Notes: generated by a model from the letters alone, not told the origin. A stretch of 64,000 nucleotides of DNA from Candidatus Latescibacterota bacterium (GCA_965203175.1 OZ241867.1:4160001-4224000); one strand, 5' to 3'. Shown: positions 46,411-57,575, counted from the stretch's first letter. Made by a program: numbers and translations.

Positions 46411-49311
46411 TTAGCGGTTGTAACTGACCGAAATTGAAAACGAACGGCCCTTGTAGTACTGGCTGGAGATGTAATCGTTGTCTTGATAGCGGTACGCCTT
46501 TTCAAAGGAGGAGTCGAGGAGGTTTTTGGCACTCAGCTTGATCTTGTACTCGTGCCACTGCTGCGAAAAGGTGCAGTCGAGCGTGCCTCGCACTTCCTCG
46601 AACACGTCCGGGGTTCCGCCGAGGCTGACTTCTGCCAAGCGCCGGCCGAAGATGTTGTAGTAGATACCGGCAGCCGTGCCGGTGGCGAAGTTGTCGTAGC
46701 TGAGATCGAGGTTGATCAGGAAGGGCGACTGGCCTTGGAGCTGGCGCGTGTCCGCGGTCTGTGAGTTGAGGGCCCGGCGCAGCTTTAGCTCGGTGGAGTC
46801 GATGTTGACCTCGGAGCGGACCAGTGAGAGGTTGCCGCCAGCGTGGAAGTGCTCTAACTGCGGTATGAGGAATCCAAGACCGTGCCGCGCCTCGAACTCG
46901 ACCCCGGCCACTTGAGCGGCTTCGACGTTCTGGAACTGGACCTCGCCGTTGACGGTGAGAATGACGCGCTCGATGGGGTTTCTGAAATCCTTGTAGAACA
47001 CGCTGGCCGCGTACAGCTCGCCGGGGTTGCCGAAGTGCTCCCAGCGCAAGTCGTAGTTGTTGATCAAGGTCCGCTCTAGCTCGGCGTTGCCGATAAAGGT
47101 GAAGCCGCCGACAAAGCTGAACGAGGCAAACGGGGCCAATTCGCGGAAGGTGGGGCGAGCGAGGGTGCGGCCGTAGGAGGCGCGCAAATTCATGCCGGGA
47201 CGAACCTCCCAGACGGCGTTGAGCGAGGGCAGCAAGTCGTTTTCGGAGAGCTGGCTGGCGGTCTTGGTCGAGTCTTGGCTGGCTACGTCGATATGCGTGG
47301 ATTCGAGCCGAGTACCTCCCACGAGGCGCAGTTGGGTGTTGATGGGTAACTCGAGCATAGCGTAACCGGCGTAGATTTGTTGGTCGCCGTCGAAATTGCT
47401 CGAAAGCTGGGTGGCGTCTTGAACGTAGGAGCCGAAGCGGTACTGACTGCCATTGCTGCTGGTAAGCCCGACTTTTTCGGTAATAAAAAAGGAGTCGGGT
47501 TGGCCGTCGTAGTCGATGTCGTCTTGGTCAAATTCGTAGCGGCGCTCGCGGAAGGTGCGCGCTTTGTCCAGCGCCAAGAAGCCGGTTTTGAAGTTGCTGT
47601 TGATACCCTGCCATTGCTTGAAGGGCAAGGTCAGGTTGAGCTGGAATTCGCGGTTGCTCTCGTCGAGATCGCGGAAATAGCGAGTCGGCAGCGGATAGAT
47701 CGAGGGCGAGATTGAGTAGTCAACGATGTCGCCCCGCAGTACGTTGCCTTCCCCGTCGCGCATGACCTCGCCGTTTTCGTCGCGCAGCGGGCGGTTCTTG
47801 AGGGTTACGTAGTTGTTGGTAAAAAATCGCAAGTCAGGCTCTTCTTGCGCCGAAGAAGAAGCAGACGCCGACCATTCGGCCCGCAGGTCGCGCAAGCTGC
47901 CAAAGTGGTGTTTGCCCGCCAGTTGCAGCGATTGGATTTGGCGTTCGGTAAACTTCAAAACGCGCGTCTCGTACATGGCGTCTTCTTCGAGGTCGCGGGG
48001 GAATGCACCGGCTAGATAGCGGGCGACGTCTTCACTGTTGCGGTTGTACATGTTGGTGACCGACAACTCGTGCGTGGGGGCCGGCTTGAGAGACAAGGTA
48101 ACGAGGCTGCCCCAAGTGACTTCTTGCGATCCTCGGGTGTCGGCGAGGTTAAAATTATTGGTCAGGGTACTGGCTTCCTTGCTGGTGAGCTGCCAGCGGG
48201 CCGAGGTGCCATTGTCGTAAAAAGAGGAGTTGTTGCTGTAAGTTAGGGTGCCGAGAAAGCCGAAGGGTTTGTCCAAGAGCGAGACTTGATTGCCCAAGGC
48301 GACCGAATAGCTCTGGTTCAACGGCGCGGCCGTGGTGGTGGGAGCCATGACCGAGGAGAACGACTTGGAATACTCGTCGAGTTGGAGCGCCTTTTCCTCG
48401 TCGTTGTACGCGGCACCCACATCGGGGATTTCTGCCTCGCCGTTGGCCAAGGCCGCGGGGATTTCTCGCGTCCCATCATCGACCCCGATCCAATCGAGTC
48501 CACCGCCCTCATAGGTGAGGAACTGGTCGTTGAACGAACTCTGAGTGTTGAATTTGGTCGAAGCTGAGACGGAAAGGGTGAAGTTATCGGGGAACGCCTT
48601 GGTGCCGATGTTGACGGCGCCACCGGTGAAGTCACCGGGCTTGTCTGGGGTGAAGCTCTTGGTGGTGACGATGTTGTCCAAGAGAGAAGTGGGGAAGAGA
48701 TCCATGGGGACGGATCGCTTGTCGGGATCGGCATTGGGAAGCGAGGACCCGTTGAGTTGGACCGAGCTATAGCGATCGCCTAGGCCGCGGATGTAGACGT
48801 ACTTGCCGTCCACTACGGAGGCACCCGTCACGTGGGACATGGCCTCGGCAGCGTCGCCGCTGCCGGCGCGCGAGATTTCCTCGGCGCTGATCGCATCGCT
48901 GACTGCCGGGGCCTTTTGGCGCTCCTTGAGCAGGGCCGCACCGGTATTGCGCAGGGCCTTGGCCTCGACGATGACCTCGTCATCGAGTTCTAGAGCCTCG
49001 GGCATGAGGGTGATGGTCAGCTTGGCCACCTCGCCGTCTTGCACCTCAACACCGATAATCGACGCATCCTGATAGCCGATCATTGAACTGGCCAGCACAT
49101 AGGTCCCGATTGGGACGTCGAAAAGCTGAAACCGGCCCTCTATATCACAGGTTATGCCGATCTGGGTGCCTTCTAGGAAAACAATCGCACCCACGAGCGG
49201 ATCGCCGGTCTGGCGATCGAGAACCGCGCCGGATACCGTGCCGGTCTGCGCGAAGGTAGGATGGGCAAGGGCCAAAAAGGAGAGGACGACAATGGACAAG
49301 CAACGCTTCAT
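46411..49311 (-). CDS. TonB-dependent receptor with N-terminal carboxypeptidase-regulatory-like domain
   Basis: Plug motifs ISAEEI...YVYIRGLGDRY...PMDLFP..KSFTPD; ARPTFRELAPF; C-terminal SVSY. Confidence 0.9.
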   Translation of the reverse strand: MKRCLSIVVLSFLALAHPTFAQTGTVSGAVLDRQTGDPLVGAIVFLEGTQIGITCDIEGRFQLFDVPIGTYVLASSMIGYQDASIIGVEVQDGEVAKLTITLMPEALELDDEVIVEAKALRNTGAALLKERQKAPAVSDAISAEEISRAGSGDAAEAMSHVTGASVVDGKYVYIRGLGDRYSSVQLNGSSLPNADPDKRSVPMDLFPTSLLDNIVTTKSFTPDKPGDFTGGAVNIGTKAFPDNFTLSVSASTKFNTQSSFNDQFLTYEGGGLDWIGVDDGTREIPAALANGEAEIPDVGAAYNDEEKALQLDEYSKSFSSVMAPTTTAAPLNQSYSVALGNQVSLLDKPFGFLGTLTYSNNSSFYDNGTSARWQLTSKEASTLTNNFNLADTRGSQEVTWGSLVTLSLKPAPTHELSVTNMYNRNSEDVARYLAGAFPRDLEEDAMYETRVLKFTERQIQSLQLAGKHHFGSLRDLRAEWSASASSSAQEEPDLRFFTNNYVTLKNRPLRDENGEVMRDGEGNVLRGDIVDYSISPSIYPLPTRYFRDLDESNREFQLNLTLPFKQWQGINSNFKTGFLALDKARTFRERRYEFDQDDIDYDGQPDSFFITEKVGLTSSNGSQYRFGSYVQDATQLSSNFDGDQQIYAGYAMLELPINTQLRLVGGTRLESTHIDVASQDSTKTASQLSENDLLPSLNAVWEVRPGMNLRASYGRTLARPTFRELAPFASFSFVGGFTFIGNAELERTLINNYDLRWEHFGNPGELYAASVFYKDFRNPIERVILTVNGEVQFQNVEAAQVAGVEFEARHGLGFLIPQLEHFHAGGNLSLVRSEVNIDSTELKLRRALNSQTADTRQLQGQSPFLINLDLSYDNFATGTAAGIYYNIFGRRLAEVSLGGTPDVFEEVRGTLDCTFSQQWHEYKIKLSAKNLLDSSFEKAYRYQDNDYISSQYYKGRSFSISVSYNR

Positions 49312-49363
49312 GGCTGAAAAACCTCCCTTGAAAAGATTTAAGCACAGATAATAGAGAGGCTGT

Positions 49364-49401
49364 GTTGAGAATCGGTTACTCTGAAATCACAATCCGGTTA
49401 C
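49364..49401 (-). promoter_or_regulatory. Pho-box-like repeats upstream of the TonB receptor
   Basis: Plus-strand GTTAC 49375, ATCAC 49386, GTTAC 49397 (11-bp spacing). Confidence 0.55.
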
Positions 49402-49449
49402 AAGGAGCCTTGGAGGCAGTGTCTCTCTCGCGGGATGAAGGAGGAAAAC

Positions 49450-49510
49450 GTCACCGTTTTGTAACAATACTGTGACAAAAGCGTCGCATAGCGAGGCCAT
49501 TTTGTAACAT
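49450..49510 (+). promoter_or_regulatory. Pho-box-like repeats upstream of the porin gene
   Basis: GTCAC 49450, GTAAC 49461, GTGAC 49472, GTCGC 49483 (exact 11-bp period), further GTAACA at 49504. Confidence 0.7.
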
Positions 49511-49551
49511 AGGACAAGAAAAACGCCAAAAGAGGGAGGGTTGTAACACAA

Positions 49552-50520
49552 ATGAAAAAAACGATGACGCTTGGTGTATTGATCTTGGGCTGGGTTTTTG
49601 CTGCACGAGCGGAGGGCGGCACGATCAAGGGCGTTATGTTTGGCGAATACTACTATATATTGGCCGCCGACGAGACCGACGCCAAGCAGCCTCGCAAGCG
49701 CAATGCGTTCCGGTTTCGCCGTCTGTACTTCACCTATCAAAAGGACATCGCCACCGACTTTGCGATTCGCTTTCGCCTTGAGGCTAAGGACGCGGGGTTT
49801 GCCCAAGGTGCGAAGATGGAACCCTTCGTCAAGCACGGCTATTTACAGTGGAAGAAGGGACTGGGCGATGCGGATATATATCTAGGACTTTCAGGGACGC
49901 CGACTTGGGCGGTCGCCGAAAAGGTCTGGGGGTACCGCTCGATAGCCAAGACCGTGCTCGACTGGAATAAAATTGGCTCTTCGGCTGACTTGGGCGCGGC
50001 CCTCAAGGGCGCGGCCGGCCAGCTGAGCTACCACCTGATGGTCGGCAATGGTCCCGGACAGAAGCCGGAGGACGACCACGGCAAGAAGTTCTATGGTTCG
50101 CTGAGTTTCAAAGCTACGGATCGATTGATATTGGAAGGCTATGCGGACTTTAATGCCAAGCCAGCCGGTCGCAACGAGCGGACCTTCAAGGGCTTCGTCG
50201 GCTGGCAGGGAGCAAAAGGCAAGGTGGGGTTGGAGGTTTTCTCGCGCACCAACGAGCAGGTCGGTGCTGGCGGCGAAGACCAAGTCATCACCGGGGTCTC
50301 GGCCTTTGGCTCGCTGCCGCTGAGCGCCGCGCTCAAGGGCTTTGGCCGGGTCGATGCGGTTTCTCACGACGCCGAGGACGACAGGGATTTGCTCTTCATC
50401 GCCGGGCTCGACTACGCCGCGGCGAAAGCCGTCCACCTGATGCCCAATGTGATCGTCGAGTCGTCCACCGGTCGCGATGCCAATGTCCAAGGCCGGCTGA
50501 CATTTTTCTGTAAATTTTAG
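49552..50520 (+). CDS. Putative phosphate-selective porin-like outer membrane protein
   Basis: Signal peptide, FRFRRLYFTY, amphipathic strands, terminal Phe; directly upstream of pstS. Confidence 0.65.
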   Translation: MKKTMTLGVLILGWVFAARAEGGTIKGVMFGEYYYILAADETDAKQPRKRNAFRFRRLYFTYQKDIATDFAIRFRLEAKDAGFAQGAKMEPFVKHGYLQWKKGLGDADIYLGLSGTPTWAVAEKVWGYRSIAKTVLDWNKIGSSADLGAALKGAAGQLSYHLMVGNGPGQKPEDDHGKKFYGSLSFKATDRLILEGYADFNAKPAGRNERTFKGFVGWQGAKGKVGLEVFSRTNEQVGAGGEDQVITGVSAFGSLPLSAALKGFGRVDAVSHDAEDDRDLLFIAGLDYAAAKAVHLMPNVIVESSTGRDANVQGRLTFFCKF

Positions 50521-50526
50521 CCCTAT

Positions 50527-50567
50527 TGTAACACAGGTTTTATCCATGAGACACGCGAATGTAACAC
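50527..50567 (+). promoter_or_regulatory. Pho-box-like sites upstream of pstS
   Basis: TGTAACAC at 50527 and 50560 (33 bp = 3x11 apart). Confidence 0.55.
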
Positions 50568-50609
50568 AAACTCCTCAATCTTATGCAATCTAACCTGGGA
50601 GATGCACTA

Positions 50610-51581
50610 ATGAAGATAAAGTGGAGCGGAGTAGCGCTGATGTGTTGGGTGTTCGCCGCGGGCGTCCAAGCGCAGACCATAGCCGTTGATGAGCGGATCG
50701 CGCCCTACGAGAAGGTGCGCGGCTTGTCTGGTAACGCCAGCAGTATTGGCTCCGATACGATGAACAACATGATGGCTCTCTGGCTGGAGGCCTTCCGCAA
50801 GTACTATCCCAACGTCAAGATCCAGATCGAGGGCAAAGGGTCTAGTACCGCGCCACCAGCCCTAATCGAAGGCACGGCTCAGTTCGGGCCGATGTCGCGG
50901 CCGATGAAGTCGAGCGAGGAGGACAAATTCGAGCAGGCTTTCGGCTACAAGCCAACGCCCTTGCGGGCGGCGCTAGACGCACTGGCGGTCTTTGTCAACA
51001 AGGACAACCCCATCAAGGGCTTGAGCCTGCCGCAAGTCGATGCGATTTTTTCCAAGACCCGCCGCAGCGAGTTCCCCAATGACATCGCCGCTTGGGGCCA
51101 GTTGGGGCTGGATGGGGATTGGGCCAAGGCCCGGATCAGCCTCTACGGCCGCAACTCGGCCTCGGGCACCTATGGCTTTTTTAAGAAGCAGGCCCTGTTC
51201 AAAGGCGACTACAAGGACGAAGTGAAAGAGCAGCCCGGCTCGGCCTCCGTAGTCCAAGGCATCACCGAGGATCGCTTCGCCATAGGATACAGCGGCATTG
51301 GCTATCAGACCTCGGGGGTGCGCGTCGTGCCCTTGGCCAAAACCGAGGGACAGGAGTTTAAACAAGGGTCTATGGAAAACGTATTGAATGGCTCTTATCC
51401 TCTCGGGCGCTTCCTGTACATTTACATGAACAAGGCTCCCGGCCAAGCCATGGATCCGCTAGTGAAAGAATTCTGCAAGTTCATTTTTTCCAAAGAGGGT
51501 CAAGAAATTGTCGTCAAGGATGGCTATATGCCCGTGCCGTTTGAAGTAGCACAAGCCGAATTGGCCAAGTTGGATAGCTAA
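50610..51581 (+). CDS. pstS: Phosphate ABC transporter substrate-binding protein
   Basis: GSDTM, GKGSSTAP, GPMSR, GRNSASGTY, YPLGR. Confidence 0.95.
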   Translation: MKIKWSGVALMCWVFAAGVQAQTIAVDERIAPYEKVRGLSGNASSIGSDTMNNMMALWLEAFRKYYPNVKIQIEGKGSSTAPPALIEGTAQFGPMSRPMKSSEEDKFEQAFGYKPTPLRAALDALAVFVNKDNPIKGLSLPQVDAIFSKTRRSEFPNDIAAWGQLGLDGDWAKARISLYGRNSASGTYGFFKKQALFKGDYKDEVKEQPGSASVVQGITEDRFAIGYSGIGYQTSGVRVVPLAKTEGQEFKQGSMENVLNGSYPLGRFLYIYMNKAPGQAMDPLVKEFCKFIFSKEGQEIVVKDGYMPVPFEVAQAELAKLDS

Positions 51582-51593
51582 AGGCGCGAGGGC

Positions 51594-53798
51594 GTGGGCG
51601 AAAAGCCATATAAGCGCGGGATCACGCCGCGAGCGCGAATCTTCGACTGGCTAGCTGGGCGCTGTATCTCCATTGGCGGCATCGGCATTATCGCCGCCGT
51701 CATGGGGATATTCTTCTTCGTCCTTTCCGAGGCGTGGCCCTTGTTTTGCTCCCCAGAGGTAACAGCAGAAAAAGCACACCAAGTGGCCGGCCCATTCGCC
51801 ATTGGGCTCGACCCCTACTACCAGACCGCTTATGCAGTCGGCCCCCAAGGGGTGGATTTGTTGCGGTTGGACGATGGCCAAGTCATCCGCCGTGAACGGC
51901 CAGCCGAGCTGACGGGCCGCAAAGTAACGGCCGCACAGCGGATGCCAAACGACGTTTTGGCGCTGGGCACGGACGACGGTCATTTGCTAGTGGCGCGGAT
52001 TCGCTTCCAACTCGATTACAGCAGCGGCCAGCGGCAGGTGGTGACGCAGTTTGCGGTTGAGCGCCTCATCGCAGTTGATCCGGCGGGCGAGTCGCTGGTG
52101 CAAGTGGCCTTTCGGGAAGGGGACGATGGCCGCTCGGCCGCCGCGGCGATTACGGCGAGTGGCCGCTTGGTGGTGATGGGAGCCGAGCAGCAGCAGGGCC
52201 TATTGGGGCCGGGCGAGCGCCGAGAAAGACAGTACGAGCTAACGGCTGACCTCGACGGCAAGGCCACGCAGGTACTACTCGACGGTCGCATTCGTCAGTT
52301 GCTCGTGGGTACGGATCAGGGACAGGTGTACGAGTGGCGGCTGGGCGCGGTGGAACAAGCGCCGGCGTTTGTGGGGCACATTGCTGTCTCAGAGGTGGCG
52401 GTCTCGGCGTTGGGGTACGCGCTGGGCGAGGTTTCGCTGGTCGTCGGCGACGCGGCTGGCCACGTCAGCACTTGGTTTAAGGTCGAGGAAAATGGGCAGC
52501 GCTCGTATCGCAAAATTCACGCCTTTGTTCCCCATGCGTCAGCCGTTACCCACATTGCCGCCTCTACGCGCGACAAGCAGTTCCTCACGACCGACGCCGA
52601 GGGGGCCATCGCCCTGCACCACTTAACCTCCGAACAGACGGCCTTCCAACTGCGGGACGACTCCCCGGCGACCGCGTTGGTCTTTGCACCCAAGGCCGAT
52701 GGATTTTTGGTCTTGGGCCAAGACGGGTGGTTGCGGCGCTTTGCTCTCGACCATCCCCACCCCGAAATCAGCGCAGCCGTGCTATTCGGCTCCATCTGGT
52801 ACGAGGGCTACCAAGGCCGCGAATACGTGTGGCAGTCCACCGGCGGCACGGACGAGTTCGAACCGAAGCTCAGCTTGGTACCGCTGATTTTGGGTACGGC
52901 CAAGGGCACGCTCTATGCCCTGCTTTTCGCGTTGCCGTTGGCGATTTTAGCGGCGATTTACACGGCTGAATTTGCCTCGCCGCGCGTGCAGGGCTTGGTC
53001 AAGCCGTCCGTGGAAGTCATGGCCTCGTTGCCGAGCGTCATCTTGGGCTTCTTAGCTGGCTTGTGGCTGGCCCCACTCCTCGAATCGCACTTGTTGGGGA
53101 CCTTGCTGCTGCTGCCAGCGGTGCCAACCGTGGTCATAGCTGCGGCTTGGGGCTGGCAATACGCTCCAGAGGCTTGGGTGCGCCAAGTGGCGCGGGTGGG
53201 GGAGATATATTTGCTCGGCGCGGTGACCCTACTGGTCGCTTGGTTGGCGTACGCGCTGGGGCCGGTCTTTGAAGACTTGGCTTTTGACGGGCACTTCCTG
53301 CGCTGGCTGCGGCAGGACGCGGGCGTTGGCTACGACCAGCGCAATTGCTTGGTCGTGGGGTTTGCCATGGGCTTTGCGGTCGTTCCGCTGGTCTTTACCA
53401 TCTGCGAGGACGCACTTTCTAGCGTACCTAGCCACTTGCGCGCCGGCTCGCTGGCCTTGGGAGCCACGCCGTGGCAGACGGCGATCAAGGTGGTGTTGCC
53501 CATGGCCCTGCCGGGCATTTTCTCGGCGTCCATGATCGGCCTCGGCCGCGCCATCGGGGAAACCATGATCGTGCTGATGGCCACGGGCAATACCCCGATC
53601 ATGGATTGGAACATCTTCAACGGCATGCGCACCATTTCGGCCAATATCGCCGTGGAGTTACCCGAAGCACCGCACCAAGGTACGCTCTACCGAGTGCTTT
53701 TCCTCAGTGGCTTGCTGCTGTTTATGGTCACCTTCTGTATCAACTCGTTGGCCGAGATCGTGCGCCAGCGCTTGCGGGATAAGTACAATCGACTGTGA
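51594..53798 (+). CDS. pstC: Phosphate ABC transporter permease with large periplasmic beta-propeller-like insertion
   Basis: WYEGY...WQS, MASLPSV, GLGRAIGETM. Confidence 0.9.
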   Translation: MGEKPYKRGITPRARIFDWLAGRCISIGGIGIIAAVMGIFFFVLSEAWPLFCSPEVTAEKAHQVAGPFAIGLDPYYQTAYAVGPQGVDLLRLDDGQVIRRERPAELTGRKVTAAQRMPNDVLALGTDDGHLLVARIRFQLDYSSGQRQVVTQFAVERLIAVDPAGESLVQVAFREGDDGRSAAAAITASGRLVVMGAEQQQGLLGPGERRERQYELTADLDGKATQVLLDGRIRQLLVGTDQGQVYEWRLGAVEQAPAFVGHIAVSEVAVSALGYALGEVSLVVGDAAGHVSTWFKVEENGQRSYRKIHAFVPHASAVTHIAASTRDKQFLTTDAEGAIALHHLTSEQTAFQLRDDSPATALVFAPKADGFLVLGQDGWLRRFALDHPHPEISAAVLFGSIWYEGYQGREYVWQSTGGTDEFEPKLSLVPLILGTAKGTLYALLFALPLAILAAIYTAEFASPRVQGLVKPSVEVMASLPSVILGFLAGLWLAPLLESHLLGTLLLLPAVPTVVIAAAWGWQYAPEAWVRQVARVGEIYLLGAVTLLVAWLAYALGPVFEDLAFDGHFLRWLRQDAGVGYDQRNCLVVGFAMGFAVVPLVFTICEDALSSVPSHLRAGSLALGATPWQTAIKVVLPMALPGIFSASMIGLGRAIGETMIVLMATGNTPIMDWNIFNGMRTISANIAVELPEAPHQGTLYRVLFLSGLLLFMVTFCINSLAEIVRQRLRDKYNRL

Positions 53799-55390
53799 TG
53801 AAATTCTGGCAGCGGGGCGACCCTTTTATCTGGCTTACGGGCGGGGCATTGGCCCTGTGTTTGGCGATGATCGCCGGTTTGGTGGGGATCATTGTCTATC
53901 ACGGCGCGGGCGTGTTCTGGCCGCAGGATTTGACCCTGTTGCGCCTCAAAGACGGTCCGCCGGTCATGGGCAAATTGATGGATCGCCAGCCCATTCCCGG
54001 GGCCGCAGGGCACTATCGGGTGCAGCTAAAGGTCGGCAACCGCGATGCGTATGGCCAAGACTTTCGCTGGGTGGATGAAGACGCGATTGCCGAGCGCGAA
54101 ACACCGCCCGAGGCCGTGGTCTTCGAGCGAGTCGAGTGGGGCGATACGCACGGCTTTATCGCAGCTTTGTACGAGGAGGAGCGGTTGCTGGCAAAAGGGG
54201 TGGGGGTCTGGGAGGTCTTACAGGAACTGCTGGCCCAGGTCGGCGAGCTGGACGAGCGCATTCGCACCTTGGAGCGCGGCGAGTTGGACAAGCTCAACCG
54301 CGCTATAGATGACTTGCACCTGCAGGAGCGTCGCTTGCAGCGCGAGCAAAATGACGCACAACTGACTGCAATCGAGGTGCGTCGCCAGGCCCTATGGGAC
54401 GAGCACGAGGCCCTGTCTGGGCGCTTGGACGAGTTGCGGGAGCAGCAGGAACGCTGGGAGGTGGAAGTCGCGCTGGCCGGGGGTGAGACGCGCCGCGTCG
54501 CGGTGGCAGCTATCGTTCGCGCTTATCGACCCAATTTGATGGGCTTTTGGGCCAAGGTGCAGACCTATCTGTCCAAGGGCTGGGAGTTCGTGGCGGGCGA
54601 GCCGCGCGAATCCAACACCGAGGGCGGCATATTCCCCGCGCTGTTTGGCACGGTGATGATGGTGATGCTGATGAGCTTGGCGGCCGTGCCCTTTGGGGTC
54701 CTCGCAGCGCTCTACCTGCGCGAGTACGCCCGGCAGGGCCTTTTGGTGCGCCTCGTGCGGATTGCGGTCAACAACTTGGCGGGTGTGCCTTCGATTGTCT
54801 TTGGCATGTTTGGCTTGGGGTTTTTTGTTTACGGCATCGGCGGTAGCATTGACCAGCTCTTTTACGCGGATGCCCTGCCGACGCCCACTTATGGCACCGG
54901 CGGCATTCTTTGGGCCTCGCTGACCCTTGCCCTGCTGACGGTGCCGGTCGTCATAGTTGCCACGGAGGAGAGCTTGGCGGCCGTGCCCCGCGAGATGCGC
55001 GAAGGTGCGCTGGCTTTGGGGGCGACCAAATTTCAGATGATTTGGAGTGTGGTGCTGCCCAGTGCTCTGCCGGGCATTCTCACGGGCGTCATCTTGGCCA
55101 CGGCGCGCGGGGCTGGCGAGGTCGCGCCGCTGATGATCACTGGCGTCGTCAAGCTAGCGCCGGATTTACCGCTCGATGCGTTCACACCATTTTTTCACTT
55201 GGAGCGCAAGTTTATGCACTTGGGCTTCCACATCTACGATGTGGGCTTCCAGTCGCCCAACGTGGAGGCGGCCCGGCCCATGGTGTACACCACAGCCTTA
55301 CTGTTGTTGACTATTGTGTTGCTCCTGAACTTGACGGCGATTGTCGTCCGCAACAAATTGCGCAAGAAATACGCCAGCGCGGCCTTTTAG
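53795..55390 (+). CDS. pstA: Phosphate ABC transporter permease
   Basis: [29 protein letters not shown]. Confidence 0.92.
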   Translation: MMKFWQRGDPFIWLTGGALALCLAMIAGLVGIIVYHGAGVFWPQDLTLLRLKDGPPVMGKLMDRQPIPGAAGHYRVQLKVGNRDAYGQDFRWVDEDAIAERETPPEAVVFERVEWGDTHGFIAALYEEERLLAKGVGVWEVLQELLAQVGELDERIRTLERGELDKLNRAIDDLHLQERRLQREQNDAQLTAIEVRRQALWDEHEALSGRLDELREQQERWEVEVALAGGETRRVAVAAIVRAYRPNLMGFWAKVQTYLSKGWEFVAGEPRESNTEGGIFPALFGTVMMVMLMSLAAVPFGVLAALYLREYARQGLLVRLVRIAVNNLAGVPSIVFGMFGLGFFVYGIGGSIDQLFYADALPTPTYGTGGILWASLTLALLTVPVVIVATEESLAAVPREMREGALALGATKFQMIWSVVLPSALPGILTGVILATARGAGEVAPLMITGVVKLAPDLPLDAFTPFFHLERKFMHLGFHIYDVGFQSPNVEAARPMVYTTALLLLTIVLLLNLTAIVVRNKLRKKYASAAF

Positions 55391-55398
55391 GAGATGCC

Positions 55399-56181
55399 AT
55401 GAGTACGCCCGTAGCCTCGGACCATGCACATCCCATCGTCGAAGTGGAAAACCTGAACATGTTCTACGGCGAGACTCAGGCTTTGCACGACATCGACCTG
55501 AGCATTCCCCCACGCGAGGTGACCGCGTTTATCGGACCTTCGGGCTGCGGTAAATCGACGCTCTTGCGCTGCTTCAATCGCCTCAACGACCTGGTCGAAT
55601 CCGCGCGCATTGAAGGCTCGGTGCGGGTCAGCGGTCGCGATATTTACGCGCCCGATTGCGATGTAATCGACTTGCGGCGGCGGGTGGGCATGGTGTTCCA
55701 AAAGTCCAATCCCTTCCCCAAGTCCATCTACGAGAACGTAGCCTACGGCCTGCGCGTGGCTGGGGAAAACCGCCGCTGGGTGCTCGACGAGGCCGTGGAG
55801 AAAAGTCTGAAGGCCGCGGCGCTGTGGGATGAGGTCAAGGACCGGATCAAGGACAACGCGCTGAGCTTGTCCGGCGGCCAACAGCAGCGGCTGTGCATCG
55901 CGCGCACCCTCGCCGTCGAGCCAGAGGTGGTGCTGATGGACGAGCCGTGCTCGGCGCTGGACCCGATTGCCACTGGGCGGGTCGAGGAGACGATCACCGA
56001 GCTGAAGTCCGATTACACCATCATCGTCGTCACGCACAATCTGCAACAGGCCGCGCGGATTTCGACCTATACGGCCTTCTACTATCTGGGCTCCTTGATC
56101 GAATTCAGTCAGACCGAAGACATGTTTACCAACCCCCGTAACAAACAGACCGAAGACTACGTAACCGGCCGCTTTGGCTGA
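55399..56181 (+). CDS. pstB: Phosphate ABC transporter ATPase
   Basis: [37 protein letters not shown]; AGGAG RBS before ATG 55399. Confidence 0.96.
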   Translation: MSTPVASDHAHPIVEVENLNMFYGETQALHDIDLSIPPREVTAFIGPSGCGKSTLLRCFNRLNDLVESARIEGSVRVSGRDIYAPDCDVIDLRRRVGMVFQKSNPFPKSIYENVAYGLRVAGENRRWVLDEAVEKSLKAAALWDEVKDRIKDNALSLSGGQQQRLCIARTLAVEPEVVLMDEPCSALDPIATGRVEETITELKSDYTIIVVTHNLQQAARISTYTAFYYLGSLIEFSQTEDMFTNPRNKQTEDYVTGRFG

Positions 56182-56195
56182 GGGAGGAAGGTGCC

Positions 56196-56885
56196 ATGGA
56201 ACGAAGATTTGACCAGCAATTAGACGAGCTCAAACAGGACTTGTTAAGAATGAGCGGGGCCGTCGAGGAGTCCATTGGGCAGGCCGTACGCGCCCTCGTG
56301 GAGCGCGACGACGAGCTAGTGCAGGTAGTGATTGAGGGGGGGAAGAAGATCGACGATTGGGAGATCGGCATTGAGGAGACCTGCCTGAAGGTGTTTGCGA
56401 CCCAAGGGCCGATGGCCAGCGACCTGCGGCTGTTGGCCTGCATCCTAAAAATCAACGAAGACCTAGAACGCATCAACGACGAAGCCGTCAACATCGTCCA
56501 ACGCGCCGAGGTGCTCAACAAACTGCCGCTGCTCAAACCGCTGATCGACATCCCGCGCATGTCCGAATTGGCCCAGGGCATGGTCAAGGATGCTCTCGAC
56601 GCGTTCGTGCGCCGCGACGTGGACTTGGCGCGCGACGTTGGTCAGCGCGACGAGGAACTCGACCTGTTGCGCGACCAGATTTTTCGCGAGCTGCTCACGT
56701 ACATGCACGCGCCGTCGATTGGGCCGGACACCATCGACCGCGGCATCTACCTGATCTTGGTGTCGCGGCACCTCGAAAGGATCGGCGATCACGCCTCCAA
56801 CATCGCCGAGAACGTGGCGTTCCTCGTCGAGGGGCGCATCGTGCGGCATCAAAAAGAAGAATGGTGGGAGGAAAAGGACTCATGA
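56196..56885 (+). CDS. phoU: Phosphate signalling protein PhoU
   Basis: P.ASDLR, DLERIND, HLERIGDHASNIAE. Confidence 0.95.
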   Translation: MERRFDQQLDELKQDLLRMSGAVEESIGQAVRALVERDDELVQVVIEGGKKIDDWEIGIEETCLKVFATQGPMASDLRLLACILKINEDLERINDEAVNIVQRAEVLNKLPLLKPLIDIPRMSELAQGMVKDALDAFVRRDVDLARDVGQRDEELDLLRDQIFRELLTYMHAPSIGPDTIDRGIYLILVSRHLERIGDHASNIAENVAFLVEGRIVRHQKEEWWEEKDS

Positions 56886-57574
56886 ACGACAAAATCCTAG
56901 TCGTCGAGGACGAGCCCGACATTCTCGCCTTGGTCTCGTACCATTTAGAACAATCCGGTTTTGCCGTCGTGCCAGCCGAGGACGAAGAGCAGGCCTTGAG
57001 CGCGGTTGAGCAAAATCAGGTTTGCCTCGTGGTCTTGGATTTGATGCTGCCGGGCATCGGCGGTTTGGAGGTCTGCCGCCTCCTCAAGCAAAATCCCCGC
57101 ACCAAAGACATACCGGTCTTGATGCTGACGGCACGCGCCGGCGAGATCGACCGCATCGTCGGCTTGGAGTTGGGGGCGGATGATTACTTGGTCAAACCCT
57201 TTTCCCCGCGCGAGCTCGTCTTGCGCATCCGCGCCATCTTGCGCCGCGTGCAAAGTAGCGACGAAGCGGAAGACGCGCAGATCGTAGCCGGCCCCTTGGC
57301 CATTGATCCGGTGGGATGTCAGGTGCAAATCGACAGCGATCCCATCGAGTTGACGGCGACCGAATTCAAGCTCTTGACGACCCTTGCGCAGCGGCGCGGG
57401 CGGGTGCAGTCGCGTGAGGAGTTGCTCAAGGTGGTGTGGGGCTACGAGTACGCTGGTTATCGCCGCACGGTTGACACCCACATCCGCCGCCTGCGCGAAA
57501 AGCTCGGGGCAGCAGCCGAGATGGTCGAAACCGTGCGCGGCATGGGTTACCGCTTTCGCCGAGAGGGACGATAG
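56882..57574 (+). CDS. phoB: OmpR/PhoB response regulator
   Basis: VVEDE, LDLMLP, GADDYLVKPFSPREL, RTVDTHIRRLR. Confidence 0.9.
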   Translation: MNDKILVVEDEPDILALVSYHLEQSGFAVVPAEDEEQALSAVEQNQVCLVVLDLMLPGIGGLEVCRLLKQNPRTKDIPVLMLTARAGEIDRIVGLELGADDYLVKPFSPRELVLRIRAILRRVQSSDEAEDAQIVAGPLAIDPVGCQVQIDSDPIELTATEFKLLTTLAQRRGRVQSREELLKVVWGYEYAGYRRTVDTHIRRLREKLGAAAEMVETVRGMGYRFRREGR

Positions 57575-57575
57575 G

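Noticed and set aside
51594-53798. Unusually long PstC with a propeller-like insertion
   Set aside because: Long PstC/PstA variants of this type are already known in other bacteria.
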